Origin: the human T2T-CHM13v2.0 reference genome, Homo sapiens
Length of the DNA: 64,000 bases
Reading direction: 5' to 3' (one strand)
NCBI RefSeq assembly: GCF_009914755.1
Contig: NC_060927.1
Shown here: one piece after another, positions 11,801 to 25,829 of the stretch
Layout: the number at the start of each line of letters is the position of its first letter
How positions within the stretch are numbered: position 1 is the first letter of the stretch
The notes under the pieces: model-generated
Seen by the model: the letters and a program-made list of their open reading frames with translations, nothing else
Databases searched by the model: none
Told to the model about the DNA's origin: nothing
Translations under genes and position numbers: made by a program

Positions 11801-13238
11801 CTAATCCAGTTCTCAGGTTTCTCCTTAGCCTTGATGCCTTTGTGGATGAGATCAGTTTCAAGACTGATAAAATAAAAATTACTATATAAAAAAAAAAACT
11901 GTACTGAGGCTGGCAGGATGGCTGAATAGGAACAGCTCCAGTTTGCGACTCCCTGTCAGATCTATGCAGAAGGCGGGTGATATCTGCATTTCCAACTGAG
12001 GTACCCGGATCATCTCTTTGGGACTGGTTAGACAGTGGGTACGGCCCACAGAAGGCAAGCCAAAGAAGGGTGGGGCATTGCCCCACCTGGAAAGCACAAG
12101 GGGTCAGGGAACTCCCTCGCCTAGCCAAGGGAAGCCATGAGGGACTGTGCCCTGAGGAATATTGCACTCCGGCCCAGATACTATGCTTTTCCCATGGTCT
12201 TCACAACCCAAAGACCAGGAGATTCCTCGGGTGCCTATGAAACCAGGACCCCGGGTTTCAAGCATAAAACTGGGCGGCCGTTTGGGCAGACACTGAACTA
12301 GCTGCAGGAATTTCTTTTCATACCCCAGTGGCACCTGAAACACCAGTGAGACTGGACCGTTCACTCCCCTGGAAAGGGTGTTGAAGCCAGGGAGCCAACT
12401 GGTCTAGCTCAGCGGATTCCACCCCCATGGAGCCCAGCAAGCTAAGATCCATTGGCTTGAAATTTTCGCTGCCAGTACAGCAGTCTGAAGTCAACCTGGG
12501 ATGCTCGAGCTTGGAGCGAGGAGGGGTGTCCACCATTACTGAGGCTTGAGTAGGCGGTTTTCCCCTCACATTGTAAACAAAGCTGCCGGGAAGTTCGAAC
12601 TGGGCAGAGCCCTCCACAGCTCAGCAAAGCCGCTGTAGCCAGACTGCCTCTCTAGATTCCTCCCCTCTGTGCAGGGCATCTCTGAAAAAAAGCAGCAGCC
12701 TCAGTCAGGGGCTTATAGATAAAACTCCCATCTCCCTTGGACAGAGCACCTGGGGAAGGGGCAGCTGTGGGCACAGCTTCAGCAGACTTAAACGTTTCTG
12801 CCTGCTGGCTCTGAAGAAAGCAGTGGATCTCCCAGCACAACATTTGAGCTCTGCTAAGGGACAGACTGCCTACTCAAGTGGGTCCCTGACCCCTGTGCAT
12901 CCTGACTGGGAGATAACTCCCAGCAGGGGCTGACAGACACCTCATTCAGAAGAGCTCTGGCTGGCATCTGGCAGGTGCCCCTCTGGGATGAAGCTTCCAG
13001 AGGAAGGAACAGGCAGCAATGTTTGCTGTTCTGCAGCCTCCACTGGTGATACCCAGGCAAACAGGGTCTGGAGTGTACCTCCAGCAAACTCCAGCAGACC
13101 TGCAGCAGAGAGGCCTGTTAGAAGGAAAACTAACGAACAGACAGGAATAGCAGCAACATCAACAAAAAGGATGTCCACTCAGAAACCTCATCCGAAGGTC
13201 ACCAACATCAAAGACCAAAGGTAGATAAATCCATGAAG

Positions 13239-14560
13239 ATGGGGAGAAACCAGTGCAAAAAGCTTGAAAATTCCAAAAACCAGAACACCTCTTCTCATCC
13301 AAAGGATCACAACTCCTCACCAGCAAGGGAACAAAACTGGCCAGGGAATGAATTTTATAAATTGACAGGAGTAGGCTTTAGAAAGTGGGTAGTAACAAAC
13401 TCCTCTGAGCTAAAGGAGCATGTTCTAGGTCAATGCAAGAAAGCTAAGAACCTTCAAAAAAGGTTAGAGGAATTGCTAACTGGAATAACCAGTTTAGAGA
13501 AGAACATAAATGACCTGATGGAACTGAAAAACACAGCACAAGAACTTCGTGAAGCATACACAAGTATCAATAGCCAAATCAATCAAGCAGAAGAAAGGAT
13601 ATCAGAGATTGAAGATCAACTTAATGAAATAAAGCATGAAGACAAGATTAGAGAAAAAAGAATAAAAAGGTACAAACAAAGCCTCCAAGAAATATGGGAC
13701 TATGTGTAAAGACCAAACCTATATTTGATTGCTGTACCTGAAAGTGAAGGAGAGAATGGAACCAAGTTGGAAAACACTCTTCAGGATATTATCCAGAAGA
13801 ACTTCCCCAGCCTAGCAAGGCAGACCAACATTCAAATTTAAGAAATACAGAGAACATCACAAAGATACTTTTTGAGAAGAACAACCCCAAGACACATAGT
13901 CATCAGATTTACCAATGTGAAATGAAGGAAAAAATGTTAGGGGCAGCCAGAGAGAAAGGTCAGGTTACCCACAAAGGGAAGCCCATTAGACTAACAGCAG
14001 ATTTCTCTGCAGAAACCCTACAAGCCAGAAGAGAGTGGGGGCCAATGTTCAACATTCTTTTTTTTTTGAGACAGAGTCTTACTCTGTTACCCAGGCTGGA
14101 ACACAGTGGCACGATCTCGTCTCACGGTAGCCTCCGCCTCCCAGGTTCAAGTGATTCTCCTACCTCAGCTTCCTGAGTAGCTGGGATTACAGGTGCACGC
14201 CACCACACCTGGCTAATTTTTGTATTTTTAGTAGAGATGGGGTTTCACCGTGTTGGTCAGCTTACTGTTGAATTCCTGACCTTGTGATCCACCCGCCTTA
14301 GCCTTCCAAAGTGCTGGGATTACAGGCATGAGCCACTGCAATTGGCCTCAACATTCTTAAAAGAATTTTCCATCCAGAATTTCTTTTCCAGCCAAACTAA
14401 GCTTCATAAGCAAAGGAGAAATAACATTCTTTAAAGACAAGCAAATGCTGAGAGATTTTGTCACCACTGGGCCTGCCTTACAAGAGCTCCTGAAGGAAGC
14501 ACTAAACATGGAAAGGAACAACCAGTACCACAGTACCAGCCACTGCGAAAATATACCAAA
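13239..14560 (+). pseudogene. L1 ORF1p remnant
   Basis: ORF track MGRNQCKK...SLQEIWDYV* and [39 protein letters not shown]. Premature TAA at 13707-13709, a frameshift and an Alu insertion. Confidence 0.92.
14060..14347 (-). mobile_element. AluS inserted in L1 ORF1
   Basis: Antisense Alu. TSD tcaacattctt at 14049-14059 and 14348-14358. Confidence 0.95.
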
Positions 14561-14629
14561 TAGTAAAGATCATCAACACTATGAAGGAATTGCATCAACT
14601 AACGGGCAAAATAACCATCTAGCATCATA

Positions 14630-17600
14630 ATGACAGTATAAAATTTACACCTAACAATATTAACCTTAAGTGTAAATGGGCTAAATGCCCTGATTAAAAA
14701 AATGCAGACTGGCAAATTGGATAAAGAGTCAAGACCCATCAGTGTGCTGTATTCAGGAGACACATCTCATGTGCAAAGACACACATAGGCTCAAAGGGAT
14801 GGAGGAATATTTATCGAGCAAATGGAAAGCAAAAACAAGCAGGGGCTGCAATCCTAGTCTCTGATAAAACAGACTTTAAACCAACAAAGATCAAAAGAGA
14901 CAAAGAAGGGCATTACATAATGGTAAAGGGATCAATGCAACAAGAAGAGCTAACTGTCCTAAATATATATGCACCCAATACAGGAGCACACAGATTCATA
15001 AAGCAAGTTCTTAGAGACCTACAAAGAGACTTAGACTCCTACATAATAATAGTGGGAGATTCTAACACCCCACTGTCAATATTAGATCAATGAGACAGAA
15101 AATTAACAGGGATGTTCAGGACTTGAATTCAGCTCTGGACCAAGCAGACCTAGTAGACATCTACAGAACTCTCCACCCCAAATCAAGGGAATATTCATTC
15201 TTCTCAGCACTACGTCACACTTATTCTAAAATTGACCACATAATTGGAAGTAAGCTCCTCAACAAATGCAGAAGAATGGAACTCATAACAAAAAGTCTCT
15301 CAGACCACAGTGCAATCAAATTAAAACTAGGGATTAAGAATAAATAATGAAATTAAGGCAGAAATAAATAAGCTCTTTGAACCAGTGAGAACAAAGACAA
15401 AATATACCAGAATCTCTGGGACACAGCTAAAGCAGTGTTTAGAGGGAAATTTATAGCACTAAATGCCCACAAGAGAAAGCAGGAAATATCTAAATTTGAC
15501 ACCCTAATATCACAATGAAAAGAATTAGAGAAGCAAGAGCAAACAAATTCAAAAACTGTCGGAAGACAAGAAGTAACTAAGATCAGAGCAGAACTGAAGG
15601 AGATAGAGACATGAAACACCCTTCAAAAAACCAATAAATCCAGGAGCTGTTTTTTTGAAAAGATCAACAAACTAGATAGACCTCTAACCAGACTAATAAA
15701 GAAGAAAAGAGAGAAGAATAAATAGATGTAATAAAAAAATGATAAAGGGGATATCACCACTTATCAAACAGAAATACAAACTACCATCAGAGAATACTAT
15801 AAACACCTCTATGCTAGTTAACTAGAAAATCTAGAAATGGATAAATTCCTATACACATACACCCTCCCTTAGTCTAAATCAGGAAGAAGTCAAATCCCTG
15901 AATAGACCAATAACAAGTTCTGAAATTGAGGCAGTAATTAATAGCCTACCAACCAAAAAAAGCCAAGGACCAGACGAATTGACAGCCAAATTCTACCAGA
16001 GGCACAAAGAGGAGCTGGTACCATTCCTTCTGAAACTATTCGAAACAACAGAAAAAGAGAGACTTCTCCCTAACTTATGTTATGAGGCCAGCGTCATCCT
16101 GATACCAAAACCTGGCAGAGACACACACAAAAGAAAAATTTCAGGCCAGTATCCCTGATGAGCACCGATATAAAAATCCTCAATAAAATACTGTCAAACT
16201 CAATCCAGCAGTACATCAAAAAGCTTATCCAACATGATCAAGTCAGCTTCATCCCTGGGATGCAAGGCTGATTCAACATACGCATATCAATAAATGTAAT
16301 CCATCACATAAATAGAACCAACAACAAAAGCACACCATTATCTCAATAGATGCAGAAAAGGCCTTCAACAAAATTGAACAGCCTTTCATGCTAAAATCTC
16401 TGAATAAACTAGGTATTGATGGAACATATCTCAAAATAATAAGAGCTATTTATTACAAACCCACTGCCAATATCATACTTAATGGGAAAAAGCTGGAAGC
16501 ATTCCCTTTGAAAACTGGCACAACACAAGGATGCCCTTTCTCACCACTCCTATTCAACATAGTATTGGAAGTTCTGGCCAGGGCAATCAGGCGAGAGAGA
16601 GAAATAAAGGGTATTCAAATAGGAAGAGAGGAAATCAAATTGTCTCTGTTTGCAGATGATGTAATTGTATATTTAGAAAACCCCATCATCTCAGCTCCAA
16701 CTCTCCTTAAGCTGATAAGCAACTTTAGCAAAGTCTCAGGATACAAAATCAATGTGCAAAAATCACAAGCTTTTCTATACACCAGTAACAGACAAACAGA
16801 GAGCCAAATTATGAGTGAACTCCCATTCACAGTTGCTTCAAAGAGAATAAAATATCTAGGAATCCAACTTACAAGGGATGTGAAGGACCTCTTCAAGGAG
16901 AACTACAAACCACTCCTCAAGGAAATAAGAGGACACAAACAAATGGAAAAACATTCCATACTCATAAATAGGAAGAATCAATATTGTGAAAATGGCCATA
17001 TTTCCCAAAGTAATTTATAGAGTCAATGCTATCCCCATCAAGCTACCATTGACTTTCTTCACAGAATTAGAAAAAACTACTTTAAAGTTCATATGGAACC
17101 AAAAAAGAGCCTGTACAGCCACGACAATCCTAAGCAAAAAGAACAAAGCTGGAGGCATCATGTTACCTGACTTCAAACTATACTACAAGGCTACAGTAAC
17201 CAAAACAGCATGGTACTGGTACCAAAACAGATATATAGACCAACGGAACAGAACAGAGTCCTCAGAAATAATGCCACACATCTACAACCTTCTGATCTTT
17301 GACAAACCTGACAAAAAGAAGCAATGGGGGAAAGGATTCCCTATTTGATAAATGGTGCTGGGAAAACTAGCTAGCCATATGCAGAAACCTGAAATGGACC
17401 CCTTCCTTACACCTTATACAAAAATTAACTCAAGATGGATTAAAGTCTTAAACACAAGACCTACAACCATTAAAACCCTAGAAGAAAACCTTGGCAATAC
17501 CATTGAGGACACAGGCATGGGCAAAGACTTCATGACTAAAACACCAAAAGCAATGGCAACAAAAGCCAAAATTGACAAATGGGATCTAATTAGGCTAAAG

Positions 17601-18380
17601 AACCTCTGCACAGCGAAAGAAACTATCATCAGAGTGAGCAGGCAACCTACAGAATGGGAGAAAATTTTTGCAATCTATCCATCTGACAAAGGGCTAATAT
17701 CCAGAATCTATAAAGAACTTAAACAAATTCACAAGAAAAAAACAATCCCATCAAAAAGTGGGTGAAGGATATGAACAGACACTTCTCAATAGAAGGCATT
17801 TATGCGGCCAACAAACATATGAATAAAAGCTCGTCATCACAGGTCATTAGAGAAATGCAAATCAAAACCACAATGAGATACCATCTCACTCTAGTTAGAA
17901 TGGTGATTATTAAAAAGTCAGGAAACAACAGATGCTGGAGAGGATGTGGAGAAATAGGAATGCTGTTACACTGTTGGTGGGAGTGTAAATTAGTTCAACC
18001 ATTGTGGAAGACAGTGTGGTGACTCCTCAAGGATCTAGAGCCAGGAATACCATTTGTCCTAGTAATCCCATTCATGGCTATATACCCAAAGGATTATAAA
18101 TCATTCTACTATAAAGACACATGTACACGTATGTTTATTGTGGCACTACTCACAATAGCAAAGACTTGGAACCAACCCAAATGCCCATAATGATAGACTG
18201 GATAAAGAAAATGTGGCACATATACACCATGGAATACTATGCAGCCATAAAAAGGATGAGTTCATGTCCTTTGTAGGGACATGGATGAAGCTGGAAAGCA
18301 TCATTCTCAGCAAACTAACACAAGAACAGAAAACCAAACACCACATGTTCTCACTCGTAAGTAGGAGTTGAGCAATGAGA
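14630..18380 (+). pseudogene. L1 ORF2p (EN-RT) remnant
   Basis: Fragments include DHIIGSK..SDHSAIK (EN), [21 protein letters not shown] (RT) and [14 protein letters not shown]. Multiple stops and frameshifts, plus an apparent deletion near 15340. Confidence 0.92.
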
Positions 18381-18883
18381 ACACATGGACACAGGGAGGG
18401 GAACATCACACATCAAGGCCTGTCGGGGGTTTAGGGGCTAGGGGAAGAATAGTATTGGGAGAAATACCTGATGTAGATGACGGGTTGATGGTTGCAGCAA
18501 ACCAGCGTGGCACGTGTATACCTATGTAACAAACCTGTACATTCTGCACTTGTCCCAGAACTTAAAGTATAATAATACTAATAAAAAAAAAAACTACCAT
18601 CTTCGTTTTGACTAAATGTTATTATTTCTAATGGAAGATAGTGTCAAAGTTTCAGATATATGTATGTGTATGTATGAATATATATACATATGTGTATATA
18701 TGCATATATGTGACTTCACTATAGATTTCATTTCAGAATTGGTCTTTGCTTGTCTAAAGACAAATGCTTTGACTATAGTGATACACTTGAATGCCAATAC
18801 AACAGACTTAACAATTTATCTCTTTGATCTGGACCTCTAAGGAAAAGGGCAAATATTCCTGTCTTCTGCATAGAAATCTACTT

Positions 18884-19067
18884 TTTTCTTTCTTTCTTTT
18901 TGAGATGGAATCTCACTCTGTCGCTCAGGCTGGAGTGCAGTGGTGTGATCTGGGTTCACTGCAACCTCTGCCTCCGAAGTTCAAGTGATACTCCTGGCCT
19001 TAGATGCTCTGACCATCTCAGCCTCCCAAAGTTCTGGGATTACAGGCATGCACCACCATGCCTGGCT
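18884..19067 (-). mobile_element. Internally deleted Alu (right-arm/left-arm fusion)
   Basis: About 185 bp. Right arm runs to gttcaagtgatactcctg, then left-arm ctcagcctcccaaag follows. Flanked by agaaatct(a/ga)ctttt. Confidence 0.85.
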
Positions 19068-20299
19068 AGAAATCTGACTTTTGGATATTATTAGATCTGT
19101 AGATTAGAAGAAAACTAGGTCTCAATTTCAGTAAAGTGACAACAATTTCATAATATGAAGAAATGCGAACTGGTTTAAATAATTTAACATAGGGAGTTGG
19201 TGTTATGGTATATCAAATAAAAACTTAATGGGTTATTATGCAAATGTTAAAATTATAATATGGAGAAATGTAACCACATGGGAAAAAGTGTGAGATGTCA
19301 GAAAAATAAGTTTGAAAAAATCGTGATTATATTGTTGATTATATTTATTTAAGTGTTATATACAAATGTGAATAAGGACAGAAAAGTTGAATTAAAAGAT
19401 TATTAGAGTAATAGAATTCTGAGTCTCTGGATTTCTGTAATTGTGTCACTTGTGTAACTTTAAAATGATGCATCCAAATTGAACTTAGTTTTCCAGATGT
19501 GCCTTCCTTAATGAGCCTATTGGCTATGTTAATATTCTATAGTTCTATTAATGCAGTTTGAGCTCTTCTTGCTCAGCTGCAATTTGTGTCTGTGCTATAA
19601 AGCATCTTCTTTGGGCATTATATTCTTAGGTTAAATTCCTGAGAGTTAACAAGGTGGGTTAATGGGGCCTGAGAATTTCGTGTGTGTAAAATCTATTGCT
19701 TTGGTAAGACTTAGGCTCAGTATTTTAGGCATTTCTAGTCTAGAGTTTTCCAAATTTTAGTTACTCCTAAGATTATGGCCATAGTCACAAACTCCCTGTG
19801 CTATTATTAATCTTTTTTCCTTTAAATTGACTCGTGTTCATATGCTGCAATTGCCCCTTGGAAACACAGACATCATAAATACATTGTGGAAAGCTTTCCT
19901 GATGAACCCAGACATGACCTCAGAATCCTCATCACCAAAGAGAACTGTCTACTGGCCTCACTTTTCAATGTATCTGTGTGACTAGATCTTACCAGTGAAA
20001 CGTGAGTAGATTGGAATGATGAATGAGCTTTTCTGCTACCATCAGTTCTGAGATGATCTGACATTAACTGCTTTATGAAATGCAAGTGGAGATACTTTAT
20101 GAAAAGTTAAAAAATGATCTGGTTTGTTTCCAAGTGAGGTCACAGGTTGGTTTTATAGCAAAGTCTTAAAGACCTTCATTTCTTCTCATCTAATTCCTTG
20201 TTAGTTGAGTTGGCTGCTTGTGTGTGGGATTTTCTCAGGATGCTTTGGAAATAAAAATTTCTCTGGGAAGCAGATTGTATTTTTTTTTCCAACTCTTTA

Positions 20300-20717
20300 C
20301 TCCTTCCCAGGAAGAGAATGATATATCTGCACTCCTTGTCAATCGTCTTTGGTGCCTCCCTGGACTAGAACCCCATTAGTGTTGAACTTTGTTATGTGAC
20401 TTGCTTTGGTTAATAGAATATGAGAGGGAATGACAGTAAACAGAACTTTAAACAATCTTGTGTGGTTTAGTTTGGCCTCCTGCATTAAAAGAATATGTTT
20501 TAGGTAACCAGTTGAAGGAGAGTAAAATGGCTTGTGGAACTGATCAGAATGCAATCTGCAGCTTGGAGCCAAGCTTGACGTTATTCCAGCGAGGTGCAGT
20601 GGAGTTACAACCTACCTGCAGACTCAGGATTGAGAAATAAATGCTGGTTTTTATAAGCCACTGAATTTAGGGTATTTTTATTACATAGCTACATTGCAGC
20701 AAAAATTGACAAATACA
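20300..20717 (+). mobile_element. Old MLT1 (H/I-like) MaLR LTR
   Basis: atgtgacttgctttggttaatagaat...gagaaataaatgc...taagccactga...aaattgacaaataca. Confidence 0.65.
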
Positions 20718-20955
20718 CTCAGTAAATACAGTTGTTTTGGAAAATGTAATTTTTGTGCAAGACATTGAGGAGACACACAAAAGAAATAGCCCTGAAAGAA
20801 ATAGCAAATTTTCAGAGGAAAAGAGTATGACATGCAGGCACTTTGACAAAGGTGACAGAGACAAATGCACTTGATAAAGAGGAAACTAATAATAAGTTCT
20901 TACTAGATAAATGTTTGTAAAAATAACAAAACAACTGTAATACAAAACCTTTCTT

Positions 20956-21345
<390 letters not shown>

Positions 21346-21534
21346 TTAGAGAGAGACTCACCTTACCTGTTGCTGATAAGCTCTAGTGGCTAACTGTTCT
21401 TCCAAAAACTTACCTGAACTGCTGCTATCAACTATTTAAAACAAAGGTCTTCTGATGGGGGTAGAAGATTTGAAGGGAAAATATGCCACCTCTATTAACA
21501 GCGAGAAGGGGATTCCTGTGTGTAACAGTTTTGA

Positions 21535-21690
21535 GTTTTCTAAATTTCTTTCACTCTGAAAATTGGGGTCAATCACACACCATCTGTACTAGTATTTATA
21601 CATGTATATTTTTCTTTAAATTGACTCATTTCTTACATTTCACTTAAAAGTAAATTTATTCTATGTTCGTAGACATGGAAATCCAGGTCC
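21535..21690 (+). mobile_element. hAT-Charlie fragment (MER102-like); a related fragment lies at ~19742-19833
   Basis: Both loci share ctgt(a/g)cta.tatt...ctttaaattgactc. Confidence 0.4.
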
Positions 21691-21698
21691 ACTGAGTA

Positions 21699-22673
<975 letters not shown>

Positions 22674-24099
22674 CTACATTCTTGCTGCTGGTCAATGAGA
22701 GTATTTTTTTCTTTTTTAATATTTGTAAGCTGCTATTGAGAGGTTGCCAACCTTGAAATGCTACCAAATCTTGTCAGTGTTCATTCTGATCCTCCAGGGA
22801 GAAGAGTCAAAACACAAACCCTCTGTTATTAATAAAAGGGAGTGACTGACGGGGTCAGGTGAGATGTGTTCCTCCTCAGCGTGCTTTGAAAGTGGCAAGT
22901 TATTTAATTGAAAGCGTCCGGCTCTCTCTCACTCAGAAGCTCTCACTTGTGCTATTGCCAAGCTGTGGTCACCCCTGATGACCCAACATAACCCAGAGGA
23001 AGCTCCAGAAGGAAGTCCCCAGACCCACCCTGCTGTTTGCTTTGTGTCCCTGTTGCTACTTTCTGCAGAGAAGAACTAAAGTTGGGACTTGCTCTGCCTG
23101 GGACATGTGGTGTATTGGTTAGGGTTAGGAATGTTGACTGCTATCACATAAAAATCCTTTCTGGTGTTCTGGGTTGGGGGATCATCTTCCACCTTTGTGA
23201 TCTTTCTTGTGGCTTTGTTCACCACCAGTGCCTAGAAGTTCTTTCCACTAAGTGGGTGGGTGGGTAGGAGTGGGAGTTTTCTTTGACAGTGATTTTTGCG
23301 GTGAGCATTTTGTAAAACAGTCCCTTCCAGCAAATGCAGGCAGGCAACCAAGATGTTTTTGACTATCTCATGAACCCTCCCTCCAGTTCCCTATTTCACT
23401 GTGCCAGGATTTCTGGCACCGCCCAAGTCCAGTGGGGCCTTTTCTCAGCTGCTCTATTGTTTAAGGCTTCTGTAACTTTTCATTCTTATTACAAAGCTTC
23501 TGATGGGCCCCACTGGGCTGAGCCTTGGCAGAGTTGATTATGATACAGGAAGTGCTTACTTATTTTATTAGCAATGATCAATGATTTTCTTGTAGATGAA
23601 AAGCTTATTTCTAGCACGCATGCACTGAACCCAGTGATTTGTGTGGACTTATTACAACCTACTTTCACATACATATGGCACCACACTGCTATGTTCTCTA
23701 TGCATAAGACCCAGCACCTGCTTTCACTGCTGGAATCAGTTATTGGTGGTCTGTGTGGAACTGGCTACTGAGTGCCTGGTGGGGAGAGTCTCATGGGAGC
23801 CAGTTTTCTCAGTGGGCTTCCTTAATATTGGAATTCTTCAAAGCTCAAAATTCTGAGAGGACCCTAGGGGTTCAAAGCCTTTGAGCCTATAATAGTTAAG
23901 TGATTCGATATTTGCCAGGACATCCCTGCAACCTGGTCTTACATGATGCCTTCATGCAGGAACCTCTGTCCTGAGGTGTACAAAAAAGAAATGTACTAAG
24001 TACGTTCCCTGTTTGCTATTTTTGTTTCGTGCATGGCTTCCACGTATCTGTCCTTGCTCCATTCTCCTTACTTTCTTAGCTTGTGACCTTATCAATTCT

Positions 24100-24355
24100 T
24101 CTACTAGGCAGCTTCATGGTTAAGAGCATGGGCTCTGGAACTACTTAGCCAGACTGGGGCTGGGGATTAGCCAACTCCTTACTGGTGTGATTTGAGGTGT
24201 GTGTGTGTTTTATCCATTTCGAGCTCTGGTTTCCTTATCTGTTTATTGGAGACAATACTATCCATCTTACATGTTGGTTGTCCCAGTTAAGAGAGTCAGT
24301 GCATATAAAGCATTTAGCATATACTAGGCAGAGACAAAATGTAGCTATTATTGTC
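24100..24355 (+). mobile_element. MIR
   Basis: ggttaagagcatgggctctgg...ggtttccttatctgt...taaagcatttagca...gtagctattatt. Confidence 0.7.
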
Positions 24356-24489
24356 AGTCAGGTCCCTGCCTTGCCCATTGCAGCTCTCCTGCATGAGACT
24401 TCTCTCGATTGGAATTTAATCTCTGTTATCAGCTCAAGGATTCGCAGACTGTTCAGGGTAGTAGTTTTCTGAATAAACCCAGAACCTGG

Positions 24490-24650
24490 AATTTTCCTTA
24501 CACTCATTGCATTGGGTGTCATGACTATCCCCATCTTACAGATGAGAAAAACTGAGGCCATTTGATCATGTAACTTGTCTAAGGTTCTACAAATAGTAAG
24601 TGGCGTAGTCAGGGTTTAAAGACACCTCCCCACCCATCTGTCTGGCTCCC
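24490..24650 (-). mobile_element. MIR
   Basis: atccccatcttacagatgagaaaactgaggc...taacttgtctaagg...tagtaagtggc. Confidence 0.7.
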
Positions 24651-24661
24651 AGCTGCCTCCT

Positions 24662-24953
24662 CTTTGTTTTGAGACAGAGATTTTGCTCTTGTTGCCCAGG
24701 CTGGACTGCAGTGGCGTGATCTTGGCTCACTGCAACCTCCACCTCCCAGGTTAAAGTGATTCTGCTGCCTCAGCCTCCCAAGTAGCTGGGATTACAGGCA
24801 TGTGCCACCATGCCTGGCTAATTTTGTATTTTTAATAGAGATGGGGTTTCTCCATGTTGGTCAGGCTGGTCTTGAACTCCTGACCTCAGGTGATCTGCCC
24901 ACCTTGGCCTCCCAAAGTGCCGGGATTACAGGGGTGAGCCACTGTGCCTGGCC
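24662..24953 (-). mobile_element. AluSp-like
   Basis: Antisense Alu with ctcttgttgccc and tttctccatgttggtcagg. Confidence 0.93.
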
Positions 24954-25084
24954 TCTATCTGCCTGCTCTTAACAGGCATCCTGAAAAAAAAGCATATAGG
25001 ACTCATAAACCAGTTCTTGATCTCTCAAAAACATTTCACTGTTTATACCCTTGACTGTCTGTGCACAGTATCTGCTGTATAAAG

Positions 25085-25610
25085 TCAAGAAATCAAAACC
25101 AGTCCAGAAATCTCCAGCTGAGGGGAAACAATCAAGGGAGTTGGTTACATGGTGTGGGAAGACGGAAAAGATAAAAAGCAGACATTGAAGCGGCACAGGA
25201 ATCACTGAGGGAGCAGTCACCACCCTCGGGACAACATGATGTTACAGAAATCCAGGTGCTGAGTGGGGCAGAGAAGCTTGCTGCCGTACGCAGGGCTGGT
25301 GGCCAGTCTCTGGGAGCTTGCCGTATGTTTGGTACTTAGCTGGCTCAGGGGCCCCAGGGTAGGACATTGAGGGGCAAATGCCCTGAATACTGAAAGATGC
25401 AGGAGCTATCTGATGGGTTGCAGCAAGGCCAGGATGAGCTGAAAACACAAGAAAGTCACTTTCCCTCCTTCCTATTTCCTCCAGTATCTCCCACTACAGA
25501 ATCTAACTGGAAGTCAATTAATGAGGGTGCTTGGGAAACAGTTTCAGCATTGCACAGCAGAATGGAGAAGGTGGACTTGGGCTGAGAAGCGGGGAGATCT
25601 CAGACACAAC
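25085..25610 (-). mobile_element. ERVL LTR33-family fragment
   Basis: cctccagtatctcccactacagaatctaactggaagtca...gggaaac...cagcagaatggagaaggtggacttgggctgaga. Confidence 0.5.
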
Positions 25611-25829
25611 GCCATTTGTATGACTGGCCGGTGGTACTGTCAGTCGTGGTGGTTGACATGTTTTGCAGGTGCCTGTGGGCAGCTCCCTGAGAAGACACTG
25701 AACCCAGCTGGGGTAACTGAAGAGCAGTTTACTTAGCCTGCTCAAGAAAGCACCATGCATTCAGAAAACTCATTTTGTAATTGTTGGTATAGTTTTAGAG
25801 CTTGAAACCAAATGAAATCTTTCAATAGT

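Larger units (their letters stand above)
11901..18581 (+). mobile_element. Full-length LINE-1, L1PA7-type, inactive
   Basis: 5' UTR start ggctggcaggatggctgaataggaacagctcc, ORF1 and ORF2 remnants, 3' UTR gtagatgacgggttgatgg..gcagcaaacc. TSD t(a)11ct at 11887-11900 and 18582-18595. Confidence 0.93.

Noticed and set aside
13233-18022. Longest ORFs in the track (158, 210, 120, 137 aa) as functional genes
   Set aside because: They are fragments of L1 ORF1p/ORF2p separated by stops, frameshifts and an Alu. The element cannot encode full proteins.
18655-18712. (TA/TG)-rich stretch, and a similar AT-rich tract at 38260-38365
   Set aside because: Ordinary low-complexity microsatellite decay with no additional structure.
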